From contig CAZTBM010000006.1 of NCBI GenBank assembly GCA_964611985.1, forward strand, positions 470 through 64,469: DNA of 64,000 nucleotides, in the 5' to 3' direction. Origin of the DNA: an uncultured Desulfurococcales archaeon. Lineage in GTDB: Archaea; Thermoproteota; Thermoprotei_A; CAZTBM01; SZUA-1508. The notes under the pieces are model-generated. The model did not search any database. It saw only the letters and a program-made list of their open reading frames with translations, and was not told where the DNA came from. This document shows, piece by piece, positions 39,115 to 48,960 of the stretch. Position 1 is the stretch's first letter. Each line of letters begins with the position of its first letter. A program made the translations under genes and the position numbers.

Positions 39115-39125
39115 CTTTTCCAGAT
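39115..39125. promoter_or_regulatory. Copy 2 of the shared 11-mer, upstream of the BMP binding-protein gene and next to a bidirectional TATA-like element
   Basis: Exact 11-nt identity with 37656-37666. It lies about 15 nt downstream (minus strand) of TTTTAAAG (39139-39149) and 43 nt upstream of GTG 39072. Confidence 0.4.
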
Positions 39126-39187
39126 AGCTCACATCTAACTTTAAAATAGTACTTTTGTCTCTCTAACGTATTGAGAAGGGGGTTACT

Positions 39188-39934
39188 GTGAAGAAGGCAC
39201 CACACTTACTAATTAGTAAAGGTGATGTATCCGAATATGCACTATTACCTGGCGACCCTAAGAGAGCCCATTTAATGGCTAAATTTCTTACAAAACCTAT
39301 GTTGATTAGTGAAAATAGGGAATTCGTAGTATATAAGGGCAAATATAGACACATTGAAGTAACTATAGCATCAACCGGAATAGGTGGGCCTTCAGCAGCT
39401 ATAACGGTTGAAGAATTAGCGCAATGTGGAACTAAGGTGTTTATAAGAGTTGGCACTTGTGGTGCACTGATACCAGGCATACGTATAGGAGAGATCATAG
39501 TACCGTATGGAGCTGTAAGATTTGATGGCACCTCTGCCAGATACGTAGATCTATCATACCCTGCAGTTGCCCATCCCCAAGTATTCCAGGCATTATTAAA
39601 GGCTGCAAGAAAGCTTAACGTCCCTATTAAAAGTGGTATTATACTATCTGATGACATGTTTTATAGTGATGTTAGTTCTCTACTTGAATGGGGTAAACGA
39701 AGGGTCATAGCCGTCGAGATGGAGGCTTCTACGATATTTGTAGTTTCATCATTAAAAGGACTTAAGGCTGGAGCCATACTAGCTGTTGATGGTAATTTAG
39801 CTGAGGGTACAGGTAAAGGTGAAGCAGGAGCTGTAGAGGGTAAGGAGCTAAGGAGGGAGGCCCAAAAAGCAGTAGAGCTAGAAATAAGGATAGCATTAGA
39901 AGCTCTATGTGAGCTTTCCAAAGTGACTCAATGA
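39188..39934 (+). CDS. Nucleoside phosphorylase, PNP/UDP family 1 (purine/uridine phosphorylase-like)
   Basis: 248 aa. LPGDPKRAHLMAKF, STGIGGPSAAITVEEL, FIRVGTCGAL, EMEASTIF. GTG start preceded by GAAGGGGG. Confidence 0.8.
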   Translation: MKKAPHLLISKGDVSEYALLPGDPKRAHLMAKFLTKPMLISENREFVVYKGKYRHIEVTIASTGIGGPSAAITVEELAQCGTKVFIRVGTCGALIPGIRIGEIIVPYGAVRFDGTSARYVDLSYPAVAHPQVFQALLKAARKLNVPIKSGIILSDDMFYSDVSSLLEWGKRRVIAVEMEASTIFVVSSLKGLKAGAILAVDGNLAEGTGKGEAGAVEGKELRREAQKAVELEIRIALEALCELSKVTQ

Positions 39935-40008
39935 TGTGGAGTCTTCTCCACTAATCTCTATCTACAAATACCTTATTTTTATGGATTCAAATAATTTATA
40001 GCAGAACA

Positions 40009-41448
40009 ATGCAAGAGAGGACATTAGTAATGACCACTCAAAGACCTAGTAATACTAAGGATAAAGATGAGGAAAATGAGAAACTCGACTACATTCTTCA
40101 AGCATTAAGTCATAATGTTAGAAGGAAAATTATTGAATTACTGGCTAAAAAGAAATCTATGACGTATACTGAACTAATGCAGGAATGTGGAATTGAGGAT
40201 TCGGGCACATTTGGTTTTCATCTCAGAAGAATGAGGGGGCTCTTAAAGAAAAATGAGCGTGGAGAATATGAGCTAAATGACCTCGGTTGGAGGGCATATA
40301 AGATATTATGCGATTTGAAAGGAAGGGAGGCCGAGAAGAAAGAGAAACTCGAGGAAAAAAGAGTGTACAAAGCCCCAACTGTTGTAAAATTTAAGGGTGA
40401 ACCTATAGTTATATGTGATAGAATTAAGCTTGACCTAACAAGAGAAATTGTTGAAGGCTATTTTAGTCGAGGAAAAAAGCTAATACTTAAGGATATTCTA
40501 ACCTTAGTCATTTACCCCATGCCAAGGGAACTATTCGATGCTGTTGTCGAAAGTATATATGATTGTCTAACTGTATACGCACCACGTAACTTAGCTGACT
40601 TAGTACAGGAGAGGACTCAAGACATACTCTTCATAAAAGTATATGATAAAAATCCACCTAAATTTTCCCTATTCCATGATATAGGTAGTTTTATATCTAA
40701 TTTAGTGTCTGGCGTAGTTTCAAGCATTGGCCCCCTCATTACTGGTACTCTTACGGGTATTCTTCGTGAGATTCCTACACGTCCTATAGCTAAAGAATTA
40801 GTACTAGAAGAAGAGATTCATATTCCAAAATCGTCACTCATGGAACTGAATGTTAATAGTGGAAGTATAGTATTAAAACATGGTAAGAAAGCTTCTCTAA
40901 GGCTATGGAAGGTAGGAGTAGGCAAGCCTAAGGTTAATTATGACATAAGAGATCACCATATAGTGTTGGATGTGAGAAATGGAAAATGTGAAGTAGAGGT
41001 ACCTGAAGAAACGATAAACACACTAATAACTGATGTAAGTGGTGGTGCAGTATCAATAAAACTTAATGAGTTAGAAAAGTGTAATATGATAGTTAGCAGA
41101 GGTTGGGTGAAGTTTTCAACAAAAACACGCAAGCCGCTAATGATTAATGCTGAAATAAATGGTGGAGGAATAAGTGGAGAAATAACATATGACGACATAT
41201 TTAAAGGCGAATCCAGAGTCGTATTAAGTATTGATGGCGGAGTTTCAAAATTAGAATTAAAGGTACGTAAAGAAACAAAGATATCTATAACAGGTTCTTC
41301 AACAGGCGGAGTATACTCCGTAAAACTTGACGGCAATAATGTACCATTGAACTACACTGAACCGGGATATACAGAAGCAGAATCAAGATTAGCAATTAAG
41401 ATAGATATAATGGGTGGAGCTCTGTCATTAAATATTAACCGATATTAA
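40009..41448 (+). CDS. ArsR-like winged-HTH fused to a DUF4097/LiaG-like beta-rich domain
   Basis: 479 aa. ILQALSHNVRRKIIELLAKKKSMTYTELMQECGIEDSGTFGFHLRRM, a charged linker, and a C-terminal approximately 200 aa of repeated G-G-x-V/I-x-L/I beta units (VSGGAVSIKL, INGGGISGEI, IDGGVSKLEL, MGGALSLNI). Confidence 0.6.
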   Translation: MQERTLVMTTQRPSNTKDKDEENEKLDYILQALSHNVRRKIIELLAKKKSMTYTELMQECGIEDSGTFGFHLRRMRGLLKKNERGEYELNDLGWRAYKILCDLKGREAEKKEKLEEKRVYKAPTVVKFKGEPIVICDRIKLDLTREIVEGYFSRGKKLILKDILTLVIYPMPRELFDAVVESIYDCLTVYAPRNLADLVQERTQDILFIKVYDKNPPKFSLFHDIGSFISNLVSGVVSSIGPLITGTLTGILREIPTRPIAKELVLEEEIHIPKSSLMELNVNSGSIVLKHGKKASLRLWKVGVGKPKVNYDIRDHHIVLDVRNGKCEVEVPEETINTLITDVSGGAVSIKLNELEKCNMIVSRGWVKFSTKTRKPLMINAEINGGGISGEITYDDIFKGESRVVLSIDGGVSKLELKVRKETKISITGSSTGGVYSVKLDGNNVPLNYTEPGYTEAESRLAIKIDIMGGALSLNINRY

Positions 41449-41483
41449 TTGTACCTAATACTTTACGCAACCAGCTTTATTAT

Positions 41484-41702
41484 CTATTTTTCTTTCTCCA
41501 TAGCTCTACTCACAATCCAAGATCTCAATAATGTAACTGATGCAGATAAACAGGCGAATCCTATTGCCGCAGCCAATAATGAGGGTGCAACATGATAATC
41601 AACCATTAATGAAACTCCCAGTAGAAAGAAGTAGATGCTAACGACGAGTAATGTTATACCTATAACACATATTATGGTTGATTTGAGGTCTATTTTTACC
41701 AT
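41484..41702 (-). CDS. Small two-TM membrane protein
   Basis: 72 aa with two hydrophobic helices. Last gene of the MoxR operon, 4 nt after the preceding stop. Confidence 0.55.
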   Translation of the reverse strand: MVKIDLKSTIICVIGITLLVVSIYFFLLGVSLMVDYHVAPSLLAAAIGFACLSASVTLLRSWIVSRAMEKEK

Positions 41703-41706
41703 GATC

Positions 41707-42915
41707 CTAACCCCATAGTATGTAGATAATGAGTCTTATTAGATTTTCGAAGTCTCTTAAATAGCTCTCTATACTTGTTACTCTTTCCTCAAACTTTAAA
41801 ACATACTCCTTGAATGGATCATAATCTAAGCTTTTGCCCTTAAACACACTATCGAAAACCAATAGAGGATTATAGCCATTACTAATGTACAGGGCTAACA
41901 CAAACACTATGAACACTATTGAGGAGATAAGTAATGCTCTGAAAGGGATAGTACCCTGTACTATAGATCTAAAAATACCTCTTACGATCCTTGCTAATAT
42001 TAGGTATATAAGGAATGAAAAGCCATGAACTATAAGGTTGAATAACTGATCTTGCTCCATAGTGAGAGGCGTAAATAAATTAACTATTTTTGTGAATATT
42101 ATGGGATATAATGGTAGAAGTATTAGAAATGATGCAGCATAATCCAAGAGCCCGTAAGATTCAATAACTAATAGTTTACTCTTTAAAGATGAAAATTCAT
42201 TCTTGACCATAGATAACGCTATATCCTTAGTTATTGTAAGCTTAAGAATTATTGTCTCAACTATTTGGTTAATTAACCATAGTATAGTATAAAATACCAC
42301 TATTGTTATGATTAATGAGCCTATTCTGGTTTCCATTAAACCAGAATATATTATAGATAATGGATACGGTAACCTACTAGGTAAAGTATAGAGAAGCTGT
42401 GAAAGCAAACTAGTATACCACGTTGAAAAAGCTAATGTGACAATATATATCATTATGTATTCAAGCATGATAGATACTGACAACCTCGCTTTACCCCTAG
42501 TTATTCGTGTAGGTTCATAGTGTAATCCTCTTATCCAACCATAAGACACTAATAGAACAATTAAGCATGAGACATATAATGGAATAGTATTTACCGGGTT
42601 ATAAGAGAATATCACATTGTAGAGGTAAACTATTGTTAAGACTGCTATTGCCTTAGAGATCATACTCTTATAAATGAACATGATCATTAAAGCTAAACCG
42701 GCCAAACCAATAATGTATGGTGATAGTGCGTACATTAGTATGTCTAAGGGAAGTGGGACATATAGTAGAAGGAATCGTGAAAGGTTTTGAGTTAATGTAT
42801 TAGCTTCTTTTATGGTTAATGAGAGAACAGTATAAATCGATACAGCTATTGAAGCTATGAATGGTGATATTACTACTTGTTTTTCCTTCAATTGCTTAAG
42901 TTTAGAGGGCTGCAT
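41707..42915 (-). CDS. Polytopic membrane protein (about 10 TM), no recognised family
   Basis: 402 aa. Overlaps the upstream DUF58 gene by 14 nt. Confidence 0.6.
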   Translation of the reverse strand: MQPSKLKQLKEKQVVISPFIASIAVSIYTVLSLTIKEANTLTQNLSRFLLLYVPLPLDILMYALSPYIIGLAGLALMIMFIYKSMISKAIAVLTIVYLYNVIFSYNPVNTIPLYVSCLIVLLVSYGWIRGLHYEPTRITRGKARLSVSIMLEYIMIYIVTLAFSTWYTSLLSQLLYTLPSRLPYPLSIIYSGLMETRIGSLIITIVVFYTILWLINQIVETIILKLTITKDIALSMVKNEFSSLKSKLLVIESYGLLDYAASFLILLPLYPIIFTKIVNLFTPLTMEQDQLFNLIVHGFSFLIYLILARIVRGIFRSIVQGTIPFRALLISSIVFIVFVLALYISNGYNPLLVFDSVFKGKSLDYDPFKEYVLKFEERVTSIESYLRDFENLIRLIIYILWG

Positions 42916-44266
42916 GAAATCTCAACGCCTCAATCTTTTTCATAATTACTTCCACTATATCATGTGGACCTACGTTTAACACAGGAATACCCTTTGATGT
43001 AAATATCTTAAGTGAGGCTTCACGTGCTTCCCAACTTTTAGCAGTATATATTCTATGTAAGGCTCTACTAAATCCATCCAATATTTCAACTTCAAAAAGT
43101 GGTGTGTAAGGAGATATAATACATACGGTGTTCCTTAGCTCCTTAGCCTTAGCGATAACGTCAACCAGCTCTCTATAAAGCTCTTCATCATAAGGCTCTA
43201 AATCAGTAACCAGTATAACTAGGTTATATCCCCATGCCGTCCCTTTAATTAGTGATTTAGCAATTATATGGGGTAGTAATCTCTTATCCTCACTATAGGG
43301 TTTAATGCTGGCCAAGGCGTCGAGTATTCTGTTAATGTAAACTCTACCATGACCTAAGGGTACGATTTTATATTTATCTCCACCTAAGTAAATAGTCAAT
43401 CCTACATAGTCTCCTCGATCTAATAATAACTTTGATATTGTTGCTATGGCTCTAGCAGAGTATTCGAGTTTAGTATTGCCAGCTATACCATAGTACATAG
43501 TCTTGGAAGCATCCAAAATGAATATTGCTCTTAAATGTGCTTCTAATTCAAATTCCTTTACTTTAAGTTTACCAGTCCTAGCTGTTGCCTTCCACTCTAA
43601 ATACCTATAGTCATCTCCAGGAACGTAATCTCTTACATCAGTGAATTCTTGACCCACACCTGTAATTCTAGCTTTAGACGTGCCAAATGGGGCAGTGACT
43701 AACGCTGTCAAAAGTCTGCGTTCCCTTAATGGAATAATTTTAGGTTTAAACTTATACTCTAAGGGGTTACCAATGTAAGTCTCAATGTAAAAAAGACTTA
43801 ATGGGCCTCTTAAAACTACCTTTAACTTACCAAATGAGTGGACACCCATTAGTGGCTTTATTTTATATTCAAATACCGATGTACCTTTAGGTGGTATCAA
43901 GAGTAGGCCTGAAATAGAGCCTTCTATTATTTTAAAAGTTTTGGGTGGGTTATCTATGAATTCTACACCATACAATGGGAAATATGAAGGATTATGAAAG
44001 GTTAATGTAACTTTATGCTCATCACCTTCAATAAATGATCCCGTAATAGTTCGCTTCACCTTTATAGCGTTTAACACTTTTATTTTAACTTGAACCATAT
44101 ACCTCATTATTATGAGTAATAGGATGAGTGTTAACCCGGTAATAAATAATGAGAGGAAAATAGAATGCTGTATCGAGATGAAACCTAAGGCTATGAGTAA
44201 AGCAGCAGCTATTATAAATGCTTTACCTCGAGGTGATAGAAGGATAGGTATTGCGGTTTCAGTCAA
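42902..44266 (-). CDS. DUF58 (vWA-like) protein with N-terminal TM hairpin
   Basis: 454 aa. DVRDYVPGDDYRYLEWKATARTGKLKVKEFE signature. FILDASKTM MIDAS-like motif. Confidence 0.8.
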   Translation of the reverse strand: MTETAIPILLSPRGKAFIIAAALLIALGFISIQHSIFLSLFITGLTLILLLIIMRYMVQVKIKVLNAIKVKRTITGSFIEGDEHKVTLTFHNPSYFPLYGVEFIDNPPKTFKIIEGSISGLLLIPPKGTSVFEYKIKPLMGVHSFGKLKVVLRGPLSLFYIETYIGNPLEYKFKPKIIPLRERRLLTALVTAPFGTSKARITGVGQEFTDVRDYVPGDDYRYLEWKATARTGKLKVKEFELEAHLRAIFILDASKTMYYGIAGNTKLEYSARAIATISKLLLDRGDYVGLTIYLGGDKYKIVPLGHGRVYINRILDALASIKPYSEDKRLLPHIIAKSLIKGTAWGYNLVILVTDLEPYDEELYRELVDVIAKAKELRNTVCIISPYTPLFEVEILDGFSRALHRIYTAKSWEAREASLKIFTSKGIPVLNVGPHDIVEVIMKKIEALRFHAAL

Positions 44267-44311
44267 GAATTTTCACTTCCCCTGGCATTGAGGTATTCTT
44301 TAGTGATCGGT

Positions 44312-45280
44312 TTATGGTGTAGGTACTCTTTCAAGTATATCCTTTATTACATTAGATGGCTTAATTCCTTCGAATATAGCCTCTGTTGTTAATATGATTC
44401 TATGATTTAACACTGGTTCGGCTACCTCTTTAACATCATCTGGGATGACATAATCTCTGCCATCCATTAATGCTAGTGCCTTTGCCGCTAAGAGTAATGC
44501 TATTGCAGCTCTTGGGCTGCCTCCGAGATTTACTGCTGAATGCTTTCTCGATTCTTCAATAATATCAGCTATGTATCCTAGTATTGATTCGTCAACATGT
44601 ACTTTCCATACAAGCTCTCTAATCTTAATTATGTCTTTTGCTGAGGCTACAGGCTCCACTTTGAAGTCATATATCTTTTTGAGTCTTCTTAAAATTTCTA
44701 TGGTCTCTGTTTTACTGGGATAATCAATAAACACTCTCATAAAGAATCTATCAAGCTGGGCTTCAGGTAGCGGATATGTTCCTTCAAGCTCTATGGGATT
44801 TTGTGTTGCTAAAACGAGGAATGGGTCTGGGAGCTTGTATGTTACACCTTCAATTGTTACCTGTCTCTCTTGCATTGCCTCGAGCAATGCTGACTGTGTT
44901 TTAGGGCTTGCCCTGTTAATCTCGTCAGCTAGTATGATGTTAGCGAAGATGGGTCCTAATCTCACGCTAAACTCTCCAGTCTTAGGATTATATACCATAG
45001 TACCGATAATATCTGATGGTAAAAGATCGGGCGTAAATTGTATTCTCCTAAAATCTAGTTGTAATGATGCTGCAAGCGTCTTTGCAAGAGTGGTTTTAGC
45101 GACGCCAGGCACGCCTTCAAGAAGTACATGACCACCAACATATAAGCTAGCTAATATCATCTTTATTTCTCTAGTTTTACCAACAATAATCTTACTTACC
45201 TCAGCTACTACTCTGTCAGTAACCTTTTTCACATAATCTACTTCAGACTTTTCTAAGCCTATATTCGACACCTTTAACAC
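44312..45280 (-). CDS. MoxR-family AAA+ ATPase
   Basis: 322 aa. Walker [15 protein letters not shown], Walker [29 protein letters not shown]. Confidence 0.9.
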   Translation of the reverse strand: MLKVSNIGLEKSEVDYVKKVTDRVVAEVSKIIVGKTREIKMILASLYVGGHVLLEGVPGVAKTTLAKTLAASLQLDFRRIQFTPDLLPSDIIGTMVYNPKTGEFSVRLGPIFANIILADEINRASPKTQSALLEAMQERQVTIEGVTYKLPDPFLVLATQNPIELEGTYPLPEAQLDRFFMRVFIDYPSKTETIEILRRLKKIYDFKVEPVASAKDIIKIRELVWKVHVDESILGYIADIIEESRKHSAVNLGGSPRAAIALLLAAKALALMDGRDYVIPDDVKEVAEPVLNHRIILTTEAIFEGIKPSNVIKDILERVPTP

Positions 45281-46676
45281 CTGGTTTACCTACTATAGTT
45301 GCTCCCATAACTTCAAGTATCATTTCAGAATTTAATATAAGTTTAGATAGAGTGCGTTTCCAAAATAAAATGGGAGGCCAAATAAATCTTCTCTTACCAG
45401 AGTGATATTCATATACTTTCCTTAACGTTAAAATGGTCTTTAAAGCTTTATCACTTTTATCTTTGAAAATTAATCTAAATCTCTCTTGAACTGGAGGTTC
45501 ATCTATTCTAGATAAGTCTATTTTAAGCTCTCTTAGTGCAACTCTACATAGTATGGTGTATAAGCTAGCTAAAAGCTCTATGGCATCTTTCTTGGAAAGG
45601 TACTTAATGTCATATACTCTTCTACCAGGTAATTCAACTTCATATATGACCTTAGTCTCTCTATGACGATAAATACCTTCATCAAATCCTACTCGTCCAC
45701 CAGCTCTCTTAAGTATTGAATAGACAAAAAACGTTACTATAAATAGTGCTAATATCCTCATGATAACAGTTAAATACTCTAAGAATGTTAAATACAATGC
45801 GTCCAAGAACCTGATAATAGCAACTAGGAATAATGATAATATCAAACCTATTGGGGGTATTGGTAATCCTATTAAACTATTTAAATCTATGGTTTTATAA
45901 TGGGCGCAGTCAATAATGATCTTATAGTTTGTACTATTGTGTGTAAGCAATCTAACTAATGCTAATGCAAAATGGCTATTGTCTATAGGGGTGTATCTTT
46001 TAGGTATAGACTTATTTAAGTACTCTTCTTCAAAAAATTGGTTAATAAAGATACTACTATCAGATACAACAATACCATGATATTTCTCCAATTCGAAATA
46101 TGCAACTATAGGTTTATCATCGTATTTACAAAGGACTTTAGTTTGCTCTCTTGAACTATGAAGCAGTATATATGATGCTACATTTAGTACTAAAGTATAT
46201 ACTGTTCCGTTCAGCTCACATTCAACAATAGGATGCTCAAGACCATAAGGTGATTTAGGATCCCTAAGTATTAAACCTGATATACTTGAATGAAATAGTC
46301 TACTTAGTAAAGCATTTGATGTTACATTTTCATCAGCTATCAGAAATGATACATGACTAGCTCTATTTAATATAGATAACAATTTATCAACATCAGTAAA
46401 TGAGAATGGGATATCTGGTGCTATAACCAAATAGAGTACTGTATCATTAGTTGCAATTAGGTGATCAAGATCGTCCATAGAATTTAACGTATAAACATCG
46501 TATCCTTCACTTATTAATGTATTATAGAACTCTGAAGTCCCATTCCATCCCGTGTTAAATGGGCTTGTTGAAGTACGAGCTGAGAATTTTATAGGGAGAA
46601 TCTTTATTGGTGCATAAATAGAGGCTACAAATGCTGCAAGGATTAATAATGCCGTAAAAGCCTTCTTACCTATCAT
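45243..46676 (-). CDS. DUF4350-like membrane protein
   Basis: 477 aa. N-terminal [23 protein letters not shown] (DUF4350-like, from memory), two central TM helices and a cytoplasmic tail. Confidence 0.5.
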   Translation of the reverse strand: MIGKKAFTALLILAAFVASIYAPIKILPIKFSARTSTSPFNTGWNGTSEFYNTLISEGYDVYTLNSMDDLDHLIATNDTVLYLVIAPDIPFSFTDVDKLLSILNRASHVSFLIADENVTSNALLSRLFHSSISGLILRDPKSPYGLEHPIVECELNGTVYTLVLNVASYILLHSSREQTKVLCKYDDKPIVAYFELEKYHGIVVSDSSIFINQFFEEEYLNKSIPKRYTPIDNSHFALALVRLLTHNSTNYKIIIDCAHYKTIDLNSLIGLPIPPIGLILSLFLVAIIRFLDALYLTFLEYLTVIMRILALFIVTFFVYSILKRAGGRVGFDEGIYRHRETKVIYEVELPGRRVYDIKYLSKKDAIELLASLYTILCRVALRELKIDLSRIDEPPVQERFRLIFKDKSDKALKTILTLRKVYEYHSGKRRFIWPPILFWKRTLSKLILNSEMILEVMGATIVGKPGVKGVEYRLRKV

Positions 46677-46686
46677 TGTTTCGGTA

Positions 46687-48042
46687 TTACCTCCATTTAG
46701 AGATTGTATAATAGCCCTCTTTACAAGCTTCTACTTCATCCTTACTCACTTGTTTATTACCGTACTTTACTTTCTCATAGATGTATGTTATCGTCCTAAG
46801 TACGTCATATTCCATTCTACCTTTAATCCGAGATAAATATTCTCTTGGAGTCTCATAATGAAGTTTTGGTAAACCCTTTCGTCTCATGATTTCTAATGTT
46901 AAAATATAATACTTTATTACTGGATGTAATCTTGTGTCAATTTTTCTTTCTATCCGTTTAATAATGAGTTTACTTCTTATTATACTTGTATACTTGTTTA
47001 TAGCTATTTTTACTGGTTTCACCCTTAATACAAAAACTACCAATAATATTATGATTACAGCAATTACCATGTATAAAACGTTAATCTGTGGTAGTAACCT
47101 TAAGTTAGGTATTGATGGAGACACTAAGTCTATATTTTTAAGGTTAGAAATTTCATTAAAGCCTAATAATGGTTTATGCTCTTGTTCTTCTCTAATCACT
47201 TGTTCTCTTTCTTCAATACTAGCTTGTTTTTTGTTTTCTCTAAAGATTTGTTCCAAGAGATCTGATTTAGCCTTAGCTATTTTACCATCATTTGTTATGA
47301 AAGTTGGCATTTTCTTTAAGATATCTTTGAGCTCATCCTCTGAAATAATGCCCTCCTTTAGTAATTGGGCTAAGGCATCGCCAAGCCTACCGTAGGCTTT
47401 AGAGTATAATCTACTTGCGGTAAGGTAATCTCCTCTCATTAATGCTTGAGCAATACTACTTAGAAGGCTTGAATATTCTGGATTAATGCTTTTCATCAAG
47501 GAGGCTAGTCTAAGTAAAGTGTTGATAGTCTCCATATCACTAAGCTCATTTATACTTGTATTAAATAAATGTAGTAAGCTTGATAATTCATTCTGATCTA
47601 TACTTATGGTTACCATATCATTCTCTTTGGTGATTTTATGGGCTGCGAGTAATGCCAAGAGCGATTTTAGATCATCAGGTTTATTGGCATAAAATGAGCT
47701 ATTATCCTTTAATATGATTTTCAATTCCTCTAAATCTCTACTTAATTCAATAATGTTATTGTTTTTAATATCTTCCTTTATCTCTTTTATTTTCATTAAT
47801 GTTAAGGGGTCTAATTTATCACTATACCTACTTAGTAATGTCGATGTTATATTATCTAATGTCTGAAACTCTATAGGAATACTAACCTGTTTTCGACTTG
47901 TAACATTACTTATTAATTGTTGATCGTGTCTCTTACCTATAAGTTCCCCATAAACAATTGTACTAAGAGATAATATTATGAGTATGGAAAGCACTATAAA
48001 GGTAAGTCTCAGCAATCTTACTGAACTGGCACTAGACATCAC
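46687..48042 (-). CDS. Bitopic protein with long helical ectodomain and DUF4129-like C-terminus
   Basis: 451 aa. Signal/TM helix, an approximately 290-aa helical low-complexity region, a second TM, then ETPREYLSRIKG....YEKVKYGNKQVSKDE. Confidence 0.5.
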   Translation of the reverse strand: MMSSASSVRLLRLTFIVLSILIILSLSTIVYGELIGKRHDQQLISNVTSRKQVSIPIEFQTLDNITSTLLSRYSDKLDPLTLMKIKEIKEDIKNNNIIELSRDLEELKIILKDNSSFYANKPDDLKSLLALLAAHKITKENDMVTISIDQNELSSLLHLFNTSINELSDMETINTLLRLASLMKSINPEYSSLLSSIAQALMRGDYLTASRLYSKAYGRLGDALAQLLKEGIISEDELKDILKKMPTFITNDGKIAKAKSDLLEQIFRENKKQASIEEREQVIREEQEHKPLLGFNEISNLKNIDLVSPSIPNLRLLPQINVLYMVIAVIIILLVVFVLRVKPVKIAINKYTSIIRSKLIIKRIERKIDTRLHPVIKYYILTLEIMRRKGLPKLHYETPREYLSRIKGRMEYDVLRTITYIYEKVKYGNKQVSKDEVEACKEGYYTISKWR

Positions 48043-48128
48043 TAGTACCCTCAGTTATTTTCTACTCTCACTCCTTTATATCATAATTATTTGTATCAGA
48101 GTTAAATGTATACGTTTGATTCGGTTAT

Positions 48129-48140
48129 TGATAATTATCA
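48129..48140. promoter_or_regulatory. Perfect 12-bp palindrome in the divergent MoxR-operon / membrane-HTH promoter region
   Basis: TGATAATTATCA at 48129-48140. The core ATAATTAT recurs at 48083-48090. TATA-like TTTAAATA is at 48148-48155. Confidence 0.35.
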
Positions 48141-48189
48141 GGAAAAGTTTAAATAGAAGTAAACCTCTGTAAGTTTACAGGGATATACT

Positions 48190-48960
48190 ATGGTTAAAGT
48201 AAAGAATGTATGGCCTGCACCATATACTGGTATACCAGCAGTACTATCATCGTCATCTTTGGTAATGTTCGTTTTAGCATTCCTCATAATATATTATGGT
48301 AGAGGAGTATATGATACATTAGGTTTTACATTATTCTTTACTGGTATAGCTTTTGGATTGCTTTCTGCAGGTAAGGAGGTTGAATTGAAAGATGACAGAT
48401 TAGTATTGAAGTATGGTTTTCCTCAAGCAGTGATTAATATTACTGTAAGAGAAGTCGTTGAGGTTGCTGATCTCTCTAGTCTCAAGAGAGGTAAGCTATT
48501 TAAGTATTTCAAATCACAACTAGTGGCTCCATTATTAATAATGCTCCTCCCGATACTATATTTACCACCATTGACAAAGCCGTTAATGGCCTTGCTCTTA
48601 CTGGTACCAGTAGTTATAGGTTTTAGTCTTTTAACATACTTCATGATGACGTTTAGTGATTATAGACGTTTCCTAAATTACGCTATAGTAACGTTAATGG
48701 CGATGTTAGCCCTAATATTCTTAGAGATAGCTATGATAAATCCACAGATAGTTTCAAGTAAAGATGCACTGGTTATGCTAGTATTAGGCTATGTGCTATT
48801 AATTGCAGGTTTCATAGTATTCATATCATTTGCCATAAGGAGACATATAATATTAATTGAGAGTACACAGGGTCACTATGCTGTAACTGCGGCCTCTAAA
48901 GCTGATGCAGAGGAGTTTATGAAAACACTGCTCAAGCGTATGGTGAAGATAGAGAGGTGA
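48190..48960 (+). CDS. Membrane protein, no recognised family
   Basis: 256 aa with about 6 TM helices and two short soluble beta segments. Divergent from the MoxR operon. Confidence 0.55.
   Translation: MVKVKNVWPAPYTGIPAVLSSSSLVMFVLAFLIIYYGRGVYDTLGFTLFFTGIAFGLLSAGKEVELKDDRLVLKYGFPQAVINITVREVVEVADLSSLKRGKLFKYFKSQLVAPLLIMLLPILYLPPLTKPLMALLLLVPVVIGFSLLTYFMMTFSDYRRFLNYAIVTLMAMLALIFLEIAMINPQIVSSKDALVMLVLGYVLLIAGFIVFISFAIRRHIILIESTQGHYAVTAASKADAEEFMKTLLKRMVKIER

Noticed and set aside
39163-39921. ORFs of 164 aa and 86 aa antisense to the second nucleoside phosphorylase gene.
   Set aside because: The plus strand carries complete PNP/UDP motifs. The antisense ORFs are low-complexity.
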